A stretch of 63,966 nt of DNA, filler included, from Lenisia limosa (GCA_001655205.1; 22 parts of 22 records of this genome joined end to end with filler, not necessarily neighbours in it), one strand, 5' to 3'; positions 12,804 to 26,091 are shown, counted from the whole stretch's first letter. Notes: generated by a model not told the origin, from the letters alone. Numbers and translations are program-made.

Positions 12804-14616
12804 TCAACAAAGNNNNNNNNNNNNNNNNNNNNNNNNNNNNNNNNNNNNNNNNNNNNTTAATTAATTAANNNNNNNNNNNNNNNNNNNNNNNNNNNNNNNN
12901 NNNNNNNNNNNNAAATTTGTCTTCCCTAAGCTACAAAAAAAGACAACAAATACTCGATACATATCGATATCGATCTTTTTCGGACCTTAGGGAAGCCCTA
13001 AGGACAGCACATGATAGGCTATCATATTGTTTCCTTTTGTGAAAACAAGACAAACCTCAAGCGCGAGAGCCGAGCGATGCCATTTCTGTGCATTTGAGAG
13101 CACCAGCATGGTGGACTTACGCAGCTTCTCTAGCTTGGCAATCTAAAGCTGTTAGCAACAGTATCTTCTCTAGCTTGGTAGCTACAGCATCTTCTCTCGC
13201 TTGGTAATATAACAGCCATGCTTGAAAATAGTTTTTTTTTGCGAATAAAGAATTGCATATGTTGGTATTTGAAGGGTGGTTTCATATACTCAGCTAGCTT
13301 CCAAAACAAGGAGGTTTTTGAATACGGATGATTCTTGGGGAATTTTCAAGACAGTAACCAAAAAATACCACATTTTAATATTTTTTATTCTTTAGCCAAA
13401 AAGCCCACAGCCTCCAAACCACCAGTTATGTATACCTTTTCCTCCACCAGTACCCCCCCCCNNNNNNNNNNNNNNNNNNNNNNNNNNNNNNNNNNNNNNN
13501 NNNNNNNNNNNNNNNNNNNNNNNNNNNNNNNNNNTAGCATGGCAAGGATGATTAAACTAAGAGTAGCGTGATGTACAACAGATTATTCTGACAAAATGTC
13601 GAAGTAGGTTGGTAAGGTATCCTATGCCTACAAGTTCTTCACAGATAGTGTCCGCGTTGTCACCCGCAAAGATCACCAGTTGCCTAAATGATTAAAGGCT
13701 GGAGAGGATTTGATAGTACTCTTGTTATCCCCCCGGTTCATTAAGAAGCTTGGGCGAAATTATCAACCAAATGCTTCCGCCCATACTTAATGAAGTTCAC
13801 TTCATAGTCTGGAAAATGTAGCACCCGCAGGAGGTCATCAATTCTGTTGTATTAGTACAATAACACTTATTTCTGGTACTGAGGTGCATGGGAGAGAGCT
13901 GCGGAAGTCAAAAAGCGTCCCAACAACCGTTTAAGGAACTGATAGACCGATTCTGAGACTACTGCATATTTATCTGATGTTTTCTAAATATATTAGTTGG
14001 TTAATAGGCGAGGTGGGAGCAACAGTTTCGCATACTTGCTCAGTTTCTGATATTCTTGCGTGCTTTCCTGCATTAGCACTCATTTTTGGAGCTGTTTATT
14101 GCGATAAAATCTATATACAGCAGCTTTGGCAGGAAGTCGCCATTATAATCAAATGAATCTACTTCTTCCCCAAGTTCACATAAGAGTCATTTCAGCTCAA
14201 AACTATTGTAGTTTCTAATCAACTATGTGAATGCGCAAATCGTAATTTCCAATTAACACCAATGCTCTCAACTGACAAATAGAATGAAAAATTCGTACAA
14301 AATTTAGACTGGAATTGTTTCTTCAATGTAATGGGAATCATTAACTAAAAGGCCAATTCTACTATAGCAAACACATAATAAAATTAGTTATTACGAAATT
14401 ATTTGATTGACTGGCTTATATCGGTTCCTGCTATTTGTGAATTTTTTTCAATTTTTTCCACTCTTTTTTTGCGTTATAGCTCGTAATAGTGTGACTTATA
14501 GATTGTTGTATTCAAATCAAGTAATATACAGAGCTTTAAAGTTGTATTAGATAGTATTCACCGGCCGATGGTTACACAGTTTCATTAAGGAACTCTAGTG
14601 TAGACTACAACCCAAA

Positions 14617-15135
14617 ATGGGACGTAGAAAAGGTGGATCAAGTAGGCCAAGCACGCTTGGGTCGTTTTCCGGTCCTGAACTTGATGAGCTTGTCGAAGCA
14701 GAGAGCCATTCTATTATGGAAAATGAAGAGATGGCTTCGTCAAGAGGAAATCATGAGTCCCTTGGAGGATCTGAGATATATTCAACTGATGATGCTGCTG
14801 CAAGTTTGATCGATGATGAAGACGCCGACTTGCCTCATCCCGAGGACGTGGAGGAAGGCTTCAGCAAGGCACCGTCAACGAGAACACAAGCGAAGATCGC
14901 AGATACAGATATCAAGAGCTCTTTCCGACGAAGGCCTAAGAGCAGGGTTAGTGAGGGATTCTTCTAGAGAGTTCTATGGGATGGAATGACAATGCGGTGT
15001 TCATGCTTCATTTTGGCTGTTGCTTATATGGGACCTGGGGAGTTTGATCGAGTATTGTTGGTACCAGCTGGGTTGGGTTTCGCTTTTAGTTCTAGATTAT
15101 TCCCAAAGCTATGAAGGCGGCCTATCATTATTTCT
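14617..15135 (+). CDS. Hypothetical acidic/low-complexity protein, 5' part
   Basis: 116-aa ORF from ATG 14617 ending at a GT donor (KSR|gttagt), with short downstream exons. Confidence 0.55.
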
Positions 15136-15515
15136 CATGGTTGAGGGGAGAATGGGATGTTATGACGAGAAGAGAACCGAAAAAGGATGTGTCTGGAAAG
15201 ACTATGATTTAGAATCACCCCCCCCCTCCCCTATCTTGTGTTATGTGTTNNNNNNNNNNNNNNNNNNNNNNNNNNNNNNNNNNNNNNNNNNNNTTAATTA
15301 ATTAANNNNNNNNNNNNNNNNNNNNNNNNNNNNNNNNNNNNNNNNNNNNTTTTTAAAAAGTGGACACGGTCATGTCCCTGGACACGGTCATGTCCCCCCA
15401 CCTATATATCATATACTATATGTATCATGATATATAATATGTATATCAAGTATTACTGTATGATAAGTATGCAAGCAAATACATTGTAACCTCTTTTGTT
15501 TTTATTTTTGAAGAC

Positions 15516-17330
15516 GGAGTTTTCTCCCTCTTGGGCATCATGAGGAAGCTTGTGGAGATATTATATCCTGGGTGGTTTCGTCAACATGCATGCCAAAAAC
15601 CAACAAGGCGGTTTATCAAAATTGTGAGATGGTTGGAGTATCAAAGTAGAGTTCCTTGACAGAATTTTTATTACTAATCACTCACCAATTATTGGTCATG
15701 TCAATCGCTAAACATGAATATCCGTAGGTGTACCCGGCGCTACCCTTTCGGGGCTGCGTTCAAACGGAATCGATGATGTTGTAACTAAGCTGCAGCTTTC
15801 TTTGCGGAACCTCAGGGGTAAGGATGCTTCTTAGCAAGATAACTGAATGTCCATTAGAGGAATATATCGTGTACTTCATGAAAATATGCCTTTTTTAATA
15901 TATTTTTTTTTGGAATCGTTTGAACATATTTAGCAAAACTCTATATGTATTAGTCCAGATTGATCTCTCTCACTGAGTGTGAAGCATTTTTAGATCACTA
16001 ACATTTTGGAGTCCTGTTTTTACGTTATTAGACAATTCAATATCGGTGTCGTCTGTTGAAGGAAGTTCTTTGAAAGGAAAAGAGGTGAGAGATACACAAT
16101 GTGGCCAGATGAAAGTAATATGATATGGTTTCTTGATGACATATCCAGATCGCTGAGATCCATAAGGTGCTCGTGTCCTCGGCCGTCGCCGCCCTTCGTA
16201 ATCCACCAGCACTCTGCATCTTCAAGGACTTTGAGTTGATGGCTTCGCAAGACACTGACGTGGGGGGGGGGGGANNNNNNNNNNNNNNNNNNNNNNNNNN
16301 NNNNNNNNNNNNNNNNNNNNNNNNNNNNNNNNNNNNNNNNNNNNNNNNNNNNNNNNNNNNNNNNNNGTATAATGTTACAAGCTATTGAAGTTGTGGAAGT
16401 TGTGAAGGGATGCAGACGACCAAATGAATAGTGTGGAGTTCAATATCATATTGCAGGGATCCTCAAAGGAGACGAGGGCCCTCAGCCGATTTCTGGTTCG
16501 GCTCTTCTGTAAGAATTCTCGACTTGTTGCGGACTATTTGATACCCACTGCGGCGTGGGACAAAGTTGCCGTTCTCTTTGTGGTGCCAAACGAAAACAAT
16601 GTTCCTTCGAGCATAAGGTGAGGAAGCTTGGGGTCTGAGAAACGGTAAAGTATTTATTCACAATTTTATTAATGATTGTTCTTATTTTCTCAAATTACGG
16701 CAAGTAGTGGGTAATCCATCTTTTTTTCTGTTTATATTGTGTAGACAAGCCTTAGTTTCAAAAACATTCGAAATTTGTCCCTTTTCTGAAGAGGATAAAC
16801 AAATGGTGAGCCTTTCTATCTTCTCTTGTTCTCACTTCCAATTAAAATAGGAAACACTGTCGGAATAATTGTGAATTTTCACAATATGTTGTTAATATCG
16901 TAGATGCTGACATCTTTATTGCAAGATGAGGGTTTCCATATTGAACTTTCCGCTCTCCACGATCTCAGATTATCTTTGGATGTCTATTCAAAATCCGTAT
17001 GGGGTGGCATAATGGAATGAGACTGGACTCTTCAAATCACGTAGAAGTCTTATTACAGTTAACATTGCCTTCTTCAGGACATCACGACACTTGCGGATGG
17101 ACTAATGAACTCGTGCCACCAAAACAAAACAATGGCCATTGACCGTGACTCTTTGTCCGAAGCCTTTACTAATGTTGGGTTTTGGGCTTTTTGGTGCCAG
17201 TTTTCCGTAAGCTCCAATGCAATCTGGTAATATTTGGCAGGTTAAGCCAGCGGTCCTCCAAGCAACACACCAATCGGAGTCGAATCTCACTTGGGCTGAC
17301 ATTGGTGGCCTTAACAATGTCAAATCAGTG
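15516..17330 (+). CDS. AAA+ ATPase of the CDC48/PEX1/PEX6 type, internal fragment
   Basis: Exon VKPAVLQATHQSESNLTWADIGGLNNVKSV carries the W-x-D-I-G-G-L...K motif preceding the D2 ring. Upstream exon NPPALCIFKDFELMA looks like a degenerate D1 Walker B region. Confidence 0.72.
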
Positions 17331-17483
17331 GTCACGTGGGAGGGGGGGGGAGAATCAATGGTCGTGGGGAATGGGCAAATAAGNNNNNNNNNNNNNNNNN
17401 NNNNNNNNNNNNNNNNNNNNNNNNNNNTTAATTAATTAANNNNNNNNNNNNNNNNNNNNNNNNNNNNNNNNNNNNNNNNNNNN

Positions 17484-17890
17484 CAATAAAGGTCCCATCA
17501 GCCTGGTATATCAAAGCAAATAAGTCAAATGACAAAAGGTTAATAGATAATATCCAACATACACAATATATATCATAGTACTCTCACAGATTATACCAGA
17601 AGTCATCTATGGCGGAGTTACAGAAACCTTCTTTCCCCACCCCGCTTACTTGACGGATAACACACTCATAAAGGGGGAGGGTGCAACCTAAAACTTCAAG
17701 AAGTCTGTTGTATGTTAGAAGATCAGAGTGACATCACAAGCACACATATCGCCAGGGGGGAGAGGAGGAAGAACTGCTCCTTCTTCTTTGGCAAGGTCTG
17801 CGAGATAACCTCTAATATCCCCGCAATCATGAAGGACATATGTAAAGTTTTTCGTCATCTTTTCGGGGACTTCCATCAATCCTGCTTCAA
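17484..17890 (-). CDS. Paralog copy 1 of an unidentified protein (left-pointing)
   Basis: Exons ~17890-17746, 17704-17650 and 17502-17484 splice to VPEKMTKNFTYVLHDCGDIRGYLADLAKEEGAVLPPLPPGD-ILLEVLGCTLPFMSVIRQ-ADGTFI. Confidence 0.7.
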
Positions 17891-18296
17891 TGTGTTCAGT
17901 CGACTTGGTCGCATCTTCCCGGTTCGCACCGGGCGTAATTCCTCAAGCTCTTGGTTATTGATGTAAACTGACCGAAAAAGTGGCGTGGAGTTTGCGCGAC
18001 CTGGCGTACCGAGAAAGTTGCATCCCAGCACTCTTCTTCTTCGTCAAACAAACCTGGTTCGATCGACGAAAAACCAAATAATTCAACCAATCAAACAACT
18101 GAAAAAGAGGCTTGGGAAAGGCAGGAGAAAAGGACCACTGGTCCAAAAGTGCCCCAAGGTCTGTGGCACGTATACAATCACAATCCACCATCCTCCCCCC
18201 ACACCCAGCTCCTCCCCACAATCCCTGCATCTGCCCTGCCTGCATCCCTGCATCCCTGCAATTCACATAACAGCCGCCCACACACAGCCCAGTTCA

Positions 18297-20270
18297 AATC
18301 TGTAGTACCTTACTACAGATTAACTAGCCTCGCCTTGCACCAGCCACCCAGTCAATCCAAATTAACCACGCGTCAGAAAGTATTGTGGGTTTTGTAGACA
18401 TTACCCGACAAGATGTCAAAGAACTATAAATATGTCATCTTTGACTTCAAGAAGAAAGGTTATCTTGCAAACATTACCAAAAAAACAAAACTTCCTCTTC
18501 CCCCTGGAGACATGTAAGTTGTATATTATTTGTACACCATCTAATAAAACAACAGTTTTCTTGAAGTTTTAGACCGGAGAAGAGTCACTCCTCCTCGAAC
18601 CAAAGAATTTGTTATCTTTCAGGTGGGTTTGTTTCTATTTGGTTGACCATACTTCAACATCTGAACTTTACCTCCCTGTTCATATTTACGTTGATACAAC
18701 ACCAGGCTGATGGGACCTTTGTTGACGGTGCTGAAGCAAAAGAAATGCTGAAAATTGAGAACCATGTTATTGGGTCAGATTTCCCTGCAGACTATACCAT
18801 CTTCAGCAAAACCCGGCCATTTGTAGGATTCTCATACAACCCATAATATAATATCAAAATAGCAAACAGTATGAAGGAAGATTTCGTAAGCAGTAATATC
18901 GGATTTTATCATCTAAGTGGAACTTATGACAATTCTATCCTAGTTTTATGTGTTGCCAAGTTAACCATTCAGATTCANNNNNNNNNNNNNNNNNNNNNNN
19001 NNNNNNNNNNNNNNNNNNNNNNNNNNNNNNNNNNNNNNNNNNNNNNNNNNNNNNNNNNNNNNNNNNNNNNNNNNNNNNNNNNNNNNNNNNNNNNNNNNNN
19101 NNNNNNNNNNNNNNNNNNNNNCTAGTGTTCGACTTTTTTCCAACACAATGCCTTACATGATTTTTTCTTCAAGACGGCGAAGCCATTTCGGCCGAAGCCT
19201 ACCTGGAGGCGAAATTCAAGGAAACGCCAACAATCTTCAAATGCGTTGTCGTTAACGGATGTAGGTCTGGCCGTTACTGAACAGATAGCTCTCATTAAAG
19301 TCTTCTTGTGTTGTTGCCAAAGCGTTGCTGTATTTTATGATGAATGCAGATTCTTCCAAGGACAGTTGCATGGACGTTATGAAGCACCTCAACTGGGATG
19401 CCTCGGGCCTGGATAGTGTCCTGTATGTTGGGGGGTGGAGGGTGGTCCTGTATGCGTGAGTGTCATAAAAGTTGAACCAGGATTTAACCAAAAGATGTTA
19501 TTCCAAAATGCGATTTCATTTTTATTGGGCGTAAAGATCCGTGCAATTGTTTTCCAGCTCTTTGACTGGATTAGCATTCCTTGTGGAAAGAACGACCCCG
19601 GATGTCACGAGTTCGACGTAAGGGGAATCCAGTACGTACATTTACATGCCATATTGAGAGTGCCCTTCAACGGCATCATTATTAGCATGGCTTATCTGCT
19701 CATTATTTGGTGGGATGACTGGACTGTGATGATCTGATTAAGTATATTGGTGGGTCATCCCAATCCTTTATGTCATCAATGATATTTGGCCAACTGAGTC
19801 CTTCAGTTATTCTTGTTACATGGGTCCGTAACCCCCGCTTTCTAGAGCGTCGTTCTCAAGGGAGTTTATCGCAGGGTTACAGCAAAGGACACATCCATGC
19901 CAGATGGCACTGTCCTTGTCATCAATCTTTCGTGGGCAGTGTTGTGTCATCAATCTTTTAATTTTCATCGTTCACTTCTTTTCTTGCGTCCTCCTCACTG
20001 GCCTAGAACAACAGACGAAAAGACTGACGCTAAATTGGCCAAGGAAATGGAGCACCTGAAAGACAGGTGATAACTTGCAATATTGTAACTGCTTTTGAAA
20101 GTTTGTTTCATGTGATGCTTCTCACCACCTCACCACCTCACCCCTTCCAGAACTGGCAACGTACTTGACCACAGAACTGAAGCCCAGCTCACCACTAAAG
20201 CCATGTACAAACTGGTTGAGGCGGCCGATAGCATTCGGAGAATCATCTTTTCCCCAGTTGGAGGGGGTCA
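18297..20270 (+). CDS. Paralog copy 2 of an unidentified protein (right-pointing), multi-exon
   Basis: Exons 18398-18513, 18556-18622 and 18706-18822 splice to LPDKMSKNYKYVIFDFKKKGYLANITKKTKLPLPPGD-IFLEVLDRRRVTPPRTKEFVIFQ-ADGTFVDGAE. Further plausible exons run to ~20270. Confidence 0.7.
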
Positions 20271-20793
20271 GTTTAAGTGGCTGCTATTCTGAGTATAGTG
20301 CTCAGATGCTTCAGTGCGTTATCACACTCTAGAAGACCAATAACCAATCGTGCAATACAATGATGGCTATCATTTGCAGTTTTCTCAACAAATACCCCTC
20401 CGAGTAGGTGGACTNNNNNNNNNNNNNNNNNNNNNNNNNNNNNNNNNNNNNNNNNNNNTTAATTAATTAANNNNNNNNNNNNNNNNNNNNNNNNNNNNNN
20501 NNNNNNNNNNNNNNTTGTAGCTAAGTCCATCTTTGTTAGATCATTCAATTTGTTACTTCCCCTCCACTTCAGAATTTGAATAGTGGCCCTGGCTTCGTAC
20601 GCTTCCTTGGGTTAATGAAAAAATAGAAACAAGAAAAAAGGTTTCTTCTTGCCAGTAATTTCTTTATCATCATATAATATACATGTATATTATGTAGTAT
20701 ATGATAATATATGTATATACATATGATATATGATATATTGGGCAAAATTATAAATTGACCATGAGAGGTCTTGACCGATTTTCTGTATATGTA

Positions 20794-20921
20794 GGACTCC
20801 GTGCAATTAATTGAAATTATTTCAAAATTTGAAGGGGGACATATTGTAACCATAACCCCCTTTCAGACACTTTATTCTCAAATTGTATCAAAAAAAAACA
20901 AACATTAATTGCACGGAGTCC
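20794..20921. mobile_element. MITE family E (TIR GGACTCCGTGCAATTAAT, TA flanks)
   Basis: TA|GGACTCCGTGCAATTAAT...ATTAATTGCACGGAGTCC|TA. Diverged copies at 4569-4711 and ~59005-59130 share the internal GACATATTGTAA...TTTCAGACAC. Confidence 0.88.
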
Positions 20922-23063
20922 TAGATATCATATAATTCATCTCTGTCAAATCTTACCCCAGACAGTGTTTGTCATCATGCACTATATAGCATAACGTATA
21001 TTACATACACTGGCCGCGATAAGTCCAAATCGATTTTCCTTGGGCAATAATATAGCAAATCGTTCAAGACTTGTCCGGTTACTGTATGATATGACAAGAA
21101 TAAACTATACTCATGACAGGTCCTGACTGATTTTGCTGAAGGGAAATAATATGAGATTTATCTTGGTCAAGACTTACCACGTTCAATATCTTGGCCGAGG
21201 CCTGTAATGTGGATATGAGTAATTTCTATAATTAAGGCGGAAAGTAATGACCTCGCGATAATGATAGTCAGCTGTGTCTAGAGATTCACTTCGGCCAGAA
21301 AAATGCCTGAACTTCTCGATAAATCCTCGAAATGCCTGACCCAGTCTTCAGACATTTGGATTTGCAATTTAACCAATTATATTACTTATACATATAAATA
21401 TCAACCAGCTGTCAATAGCCCATTTATGCGGTCATACTTGAATTTTGGCAACCTTAGCCAAGCGGACGTTGCTCTCCTGGCAATATTGAACTGCCCAATC
21501 CCGCCGTCTTGGGTCAGTCTCCTCTTGAATTTGATACCTGTCACTGAGGAATAAATGGGGAACGGAAGATGTTAAAAATCGTGCTTGGCCAAAGCAGTAC
21601 ACAATATCGCACTCTGAACCGACCTGGGATTCACAGCTGAGCATGCGGCATAGCCACGAGGATTTGTTCAGAGTGCAACATCGTATTATAAGAGATATTC
21701 GTGATCACAGTGTTACACTATCTCACCCTTTGGAATGATGGAAAAGAAAACAGAAAAGAGGTCCAACCGGGCACTCCAAACGACAAGTCACTTTTTGAAT
21801 ATTATATGTAGGCGGGGGGATATGACCGTGTCCAGGGACATAACTGAGTCCACTTTTTGGAAAATCCTAGCCCGCGGCCCGGGTTGCCTTTTTGTTGGAT
21901 TGATACATCATACTTTTATATATTAACCTGAAAGGCAACACTAAAATTTACTGTTTTAGGATGTACCTTGTTAACTTACTTAGATTGTTACCTGGATCTG
22001 GTTAATTAAATTGTATGTAATTTGTATCTGTATACCTGTAATGAATGAAGATAGTATATGGTTTTGTTTGCTTTCTTCGTCTTCCATCGCCGATTCAGTA
22101 GACCGCCTATGCTCTTCAACGGCACTCTTCCGCCGATTATTACAAAGTGCGGCTCACTCGATCTATTACACATTGCGACTCTAAAACACAATACGTTTTG
22201 CACACATGTTTTGCCATGACGTTTTAGTGAATTGGACTTCGGCCTGGCGTTACGCGCTCTCAAAGACTGGCTGAGATAAGTCAAAATTATTTGAACAGTG
22301 TAAACATTTAAGACATGGACGCAAGACCGGGCATCTCAAGTGGGTGGGTTTTGTAGACCGCTTCTTGGCTTGCGGTTATTCGCGAGACCTCGCTGATAAA
22401 CCTTGTCCCAAGCAAAGTGAGCTTTGGTAGACAGCGTAGACAAGCAAGCTGGTGGTCACGGCACCAACAGCTGTCAACGTCTCCGCCAAATCAGTGAGGT
22501 ATGTTCAGTCGCGGATTGCAGGTATTAAGTTGTGGATTATATTTCCTCGTGATCTTTGACTCTTGCGGATTCGATGTAGTGGTGTCATTTCTAATTTAGG
22601 CAGTCTTCAAACAGAAGATTGTTGGACCATTTGCACTTTCTGAAGAATTATCCCACCCTTCACACTCGTGTACAATGGAAATGCGTCACATGTGAATTCA
22701 TCGTTTAATGAAAAGCCAATTTTTGAGTAAGATGTAAATATTTCCCAGATTTGCTATTCTGCTACAGCTCAGAAAATGTAAGATGTAAAATATTTTGCAA
22801 TCAATATGAAACTAGGCTTTACTCTGAATTTATATACTACTGTATTTGTTGGGTGTACAATTGAGTCTCGCGAAAAATGAAAACGAAAACTTGAACGAAT
22901 GANNNNNNNNNNNNNNNNNNNNNNNNNNNNNNNNNNNNNNNNNNNNNNNNNNNNNNNNNNNNNNNNNNNNNNNNNNNNNNNNNNNNNNNNNNNNNNNNNN
23001 NNNNNCTCCCCAATTTTATTACAATTAAAAACTGGGCAATGGATGATGATTCCCCTTACTTGA

Positions 23064-23150
23064 TCTCAATGCCCTTGATAATTTCTGCCAAGAGTTCTCG
23101 CTCTACGGATAAGGCCGCTTCAAGAGACAAAAAATTCTCGTTCATAGTGC
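23064..23150 (-). CDS. Exon of a hypothetical minus-strand gene
   Basis: Bounded by cctccag and gtaagg; reads TMNENFLSLEAALSVERELLAEIIKGIEI. Another plausible exon lies near 21545-21440 (DRYQIQEETDPRRRDWAVQYCQESNVRL). Confidence 0.5.
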
Positions 23151-23284
23151 CTGGAGGGGAAAATGATGAGAATGGGAAGATTATGAAACCAATACGCCTC
23201 CCCCAATCATCTCATTGGCTAAATATTCCAAAGGAAGAGGGTTTGAATACAACAAAACGAACACCAATCGCTTCTGCAGCACTG
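23151..23284 (-). repeat. Family B intronic repeat, diverged copy ending at the acceptor
   Basis: GTGCTGCAGAAGCGATTGG...TTTCATAATCTTCCCATT...CCCTCCAG. Confidence 0.7.
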
Positions 23285-24143
23285 GGGGAAATTAAGGGAA
23301 TTTTCATTAAAATATTGGCGTTCAGCCACTGTTCACGAACTTAGTGTTCTTAAGCTTCAAACATGCATGCCAAAAATTAAAGAAAAACAATGATTTTTCA
23401 TCCCAAAAAATTCAAACACACAAATACTGCTTGTAATATACTATATCATGTGATATACAGTGACCAATAAGTCTTGCCGATTTTCACAAGGGAAATCCAG
23501 ACCAAATTGGTCAAGACTTACTCTGGTCACTGCATATCAACATCATATGATATTGTGAACGAGAAACCCGAAACACACATGAATAATCGGCCCAAAGTTA
23601 CTACTGAAGACAGAAAAGTAATAGTAACAGTGTGTGCCGGGATGAGAAACGTACAAAGATAGAAATACAAGTACTANNNNNNNNNNNNNNNNNNNNNNNN
23701 NNNNNNNNNNNNNNNNNNNNTTAATTAATTAANNNNNNNNNNNNNNNNNNNNNNNNNNNNNNNNNNNNNNNNNNNNGCCCTGCAGGTAGGGGGGGGGGGG
23801 TAATGCAGAGGGCTTCACTTCGGTTCGAAAAATACCGTTTAAATATCGAAGATTTTCGAAGATTTATCGAGAAATTGTCTTTTTTGAACCGAAGTGAAGC
23901 CATAACATACCAGCTATGTTCCATGTGATTGTTTGCCTGATTGTTTCGTTTGGTAAATTCTACCATCTTCCTGCATTTTGCATACATGTGGTAGAGCTGT
24001 GTGTTATTATTTTCCACAACACTCATGGAACTCTCTGAACAGTCCCCCCCTAAGCTCAATAATGAAGAGATTGCTCGCTTCCGATAGACTTGTTTTTTGT
24101 TTCATTTTGTGATCCACATACACATTAACCGCCACACCCCAAG

Positions 24144-25965
24144 GCTGATAAAAAGCAAGCTGGCTCCATTGTGTGTCAAGAGGAGGCCTCCCGCTCCCTC
24201 CAGAATTGCTTCAAGGTTTGTCAGAAGAAAGTTACACCATATGATGATGTTAATGATGTGATGATGGGATGATATAGTGGATTGTTTTTTATCACTGGAG
24301 TTATATATTTGATATTTACTATTACTATTAGGGCTTCACCTCGGTTCGAAAAAGACCGGTAAAAATCGATAGTTTTCGAAGATTTATCAAGAAATTCAGT
24401 CTTTTATTCGAGCTGTATATTGTCCGCAGTACTTTACTCCGCCCCAGGACTGCATCAACGACAGATCACCACCCGACAGTTCAAAGAAATCCTCCGCCCT
24501 TTCGTTCACTATCAGCCTGCTCAAGCTCTACTTCTCTGTGGGGAGTGTGGCACTTTGTATGAACAACGTCTTACTCCCCCTCCCCTCCAACAGAGTTGAT
24601 ATGGGCTTTTTTTTGTTTCATAAATTTTCCAATTTTACCCCACCTTCCCCCACCTTCCCCTAGAGTGTAGGTGGGCAAGGGGGATTTCGGCCAGACACAA
24701 CCTTATTTTTCATTTCTCATTGCTATATATGAACAATATCTTGTGAAGTGAAATGACAGTTTTGGTGTTTATTTGACAGTTTTGGTGTTTATTTTCCGCT
24801 TTTATTTTCTCTTTATATTTTTTACCTATTTTCACAACAATCTCTAGCTCATTCAATACTATAACCATATCATATGACTTTGTAGATGAACAACTACAAT
24901 CTGTGCCGCAACATTGTGCAAGGAATTGAGGGCCCTATGTTCCCCAGCCTTCAGAATTTTGACAGGAAGCTCGTATGTGGATAGTCTTTTGCTTTTGTTC
25001 TTGGTATTGTTTGAATGATAGTTTTTGCTTATTGTCTAGGTATGTACATACAACTACTACGTCGGACGCTTCGATATGTTCACGGGCAAAATCAATGAGG
25101 TTTGTTTGGACGAGGTTTTAACAATATTAGGCTTTCATTAAATCTCGATTTGAGAAAAAAAAAAAAAAAAAAATNNNNNNNNNNNNNNNNNNNNNNNNNN
25201 NNNNNNCCCAGGCTGACCGCCGCCTCACAGACGCCTTCAACAACACCAACCCGGCATGTGTCAGAATCAGACGCGACATTTTGCGCTACCTCATTCCGGC
25301 TCGCATGCAAGTCGGACAGCTGCCGTCAAGAGCCGTGGGGGGGGGACACTGAGCATGTCGCTGCCACTAGTACAAGGACAAGAAAGTTCGCCATGACCTG
25401 CTTCTCCGAGATCCCCGACCATCTGACTGGGGGATGTATGGGCTTCACTTCGGTTCGAAAAAAGACTGAATTTCTCGATAAATTCTCGAAAACTATCGAT
25501 AATTTACAGCTTTTTCTCGAACCGAAATGAAGCCCTAGGTATAGGGATTTATTGTGTATTGCGGGTGCATGAACTATTGACGTAAATATTGTTTTGTAGA
25601 TGAGCTGTGAAGCCTCTCACACTATAGCTGCTCAACACCTACAAACTCACGCAATACGCTCCACTAGTCAGCGCCATCAAGAGCGGTGGGATTCAAGAGG
25701 TATTTCTTCTTTGTCGAGCATCTTTTTTTTATGATTGTGTGGATGTGGTAGATGCGGGTAGTATTCCCATCTCTATGCTCCTAATTTCAATAGAGACACT
25801 GCACAATACTATCTCTTCCTTTCATCTTTTTCCATTGTTATGTGGATGACTCCGGTCAGACCTTCTTTTAAAAAGGGATGGGACAGACGGCTTTCATGCA
25901 CAAGTCAAGATATTTACGAATTTAGGCTGCATCACAGACTTCCGCAACGCCATTCTAGTCAACCA
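24144..25965 (+). CDS. PCID2: PCI-domain protein PCID2/CSN12/THP1 (TREX-2 subunit), partial
   Basis: Spliced exons give EEASRSLQNCFK-DCINDRSPPDSSKKSSALSFTISLLKLYFS-MNNYNLCRNIVQG...-VCTYNYYVGRFDMFTG...-ADRRLTDAF...RRDILRYLIPARMQVGQLPS-LLNTYKLTQYAPLVSAIKSG. This is collinear with the PCID2 SKK/LFKIYF, VTYxYYVGR and YLLPVKM motifs. Confidence 0.88.
25440..25535. mobile_element. MITE family A, subtype A1 (TIR GGGCTTCACTTCGGTTCGAAAAAGAC)
   Basis: ~96-bp near-palindrome. Further A1 copies at 544, 1899, 23810, 24331, 26240, 26876, 30946, 32720, 44694, 50868, 52588 and 60894. Confidence 0.9.
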
Positions 25966-26091
25966 GGTACAGGGCTCCTCCATATGTGGTGTCATTGTGA
26001 GGGAAAACTGCTTTATGTCACATGGTGATTCTTTCTCACATTTTCCAACTTACCATGAAATGAATAAGATAAAGGTTCCAAATATACCTAG

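Noticed and set aside
9704-12812. Transporter gene cluster across 11405-11505
   Set aside because: The two pieces are on separate scaffolds joined by an artificial spacer, so order and linkage cannot be inferred.
25440-25535. MITE A as a tRNA gene or tRNA-derived SINE (GGTTCGAA resembles the B-box/T-loop)
   Set aside because: The motif is part of the TIR and is mirrored at both ends. There is no cloverleaf, A-box or tail, and subtype A2 lacks it.
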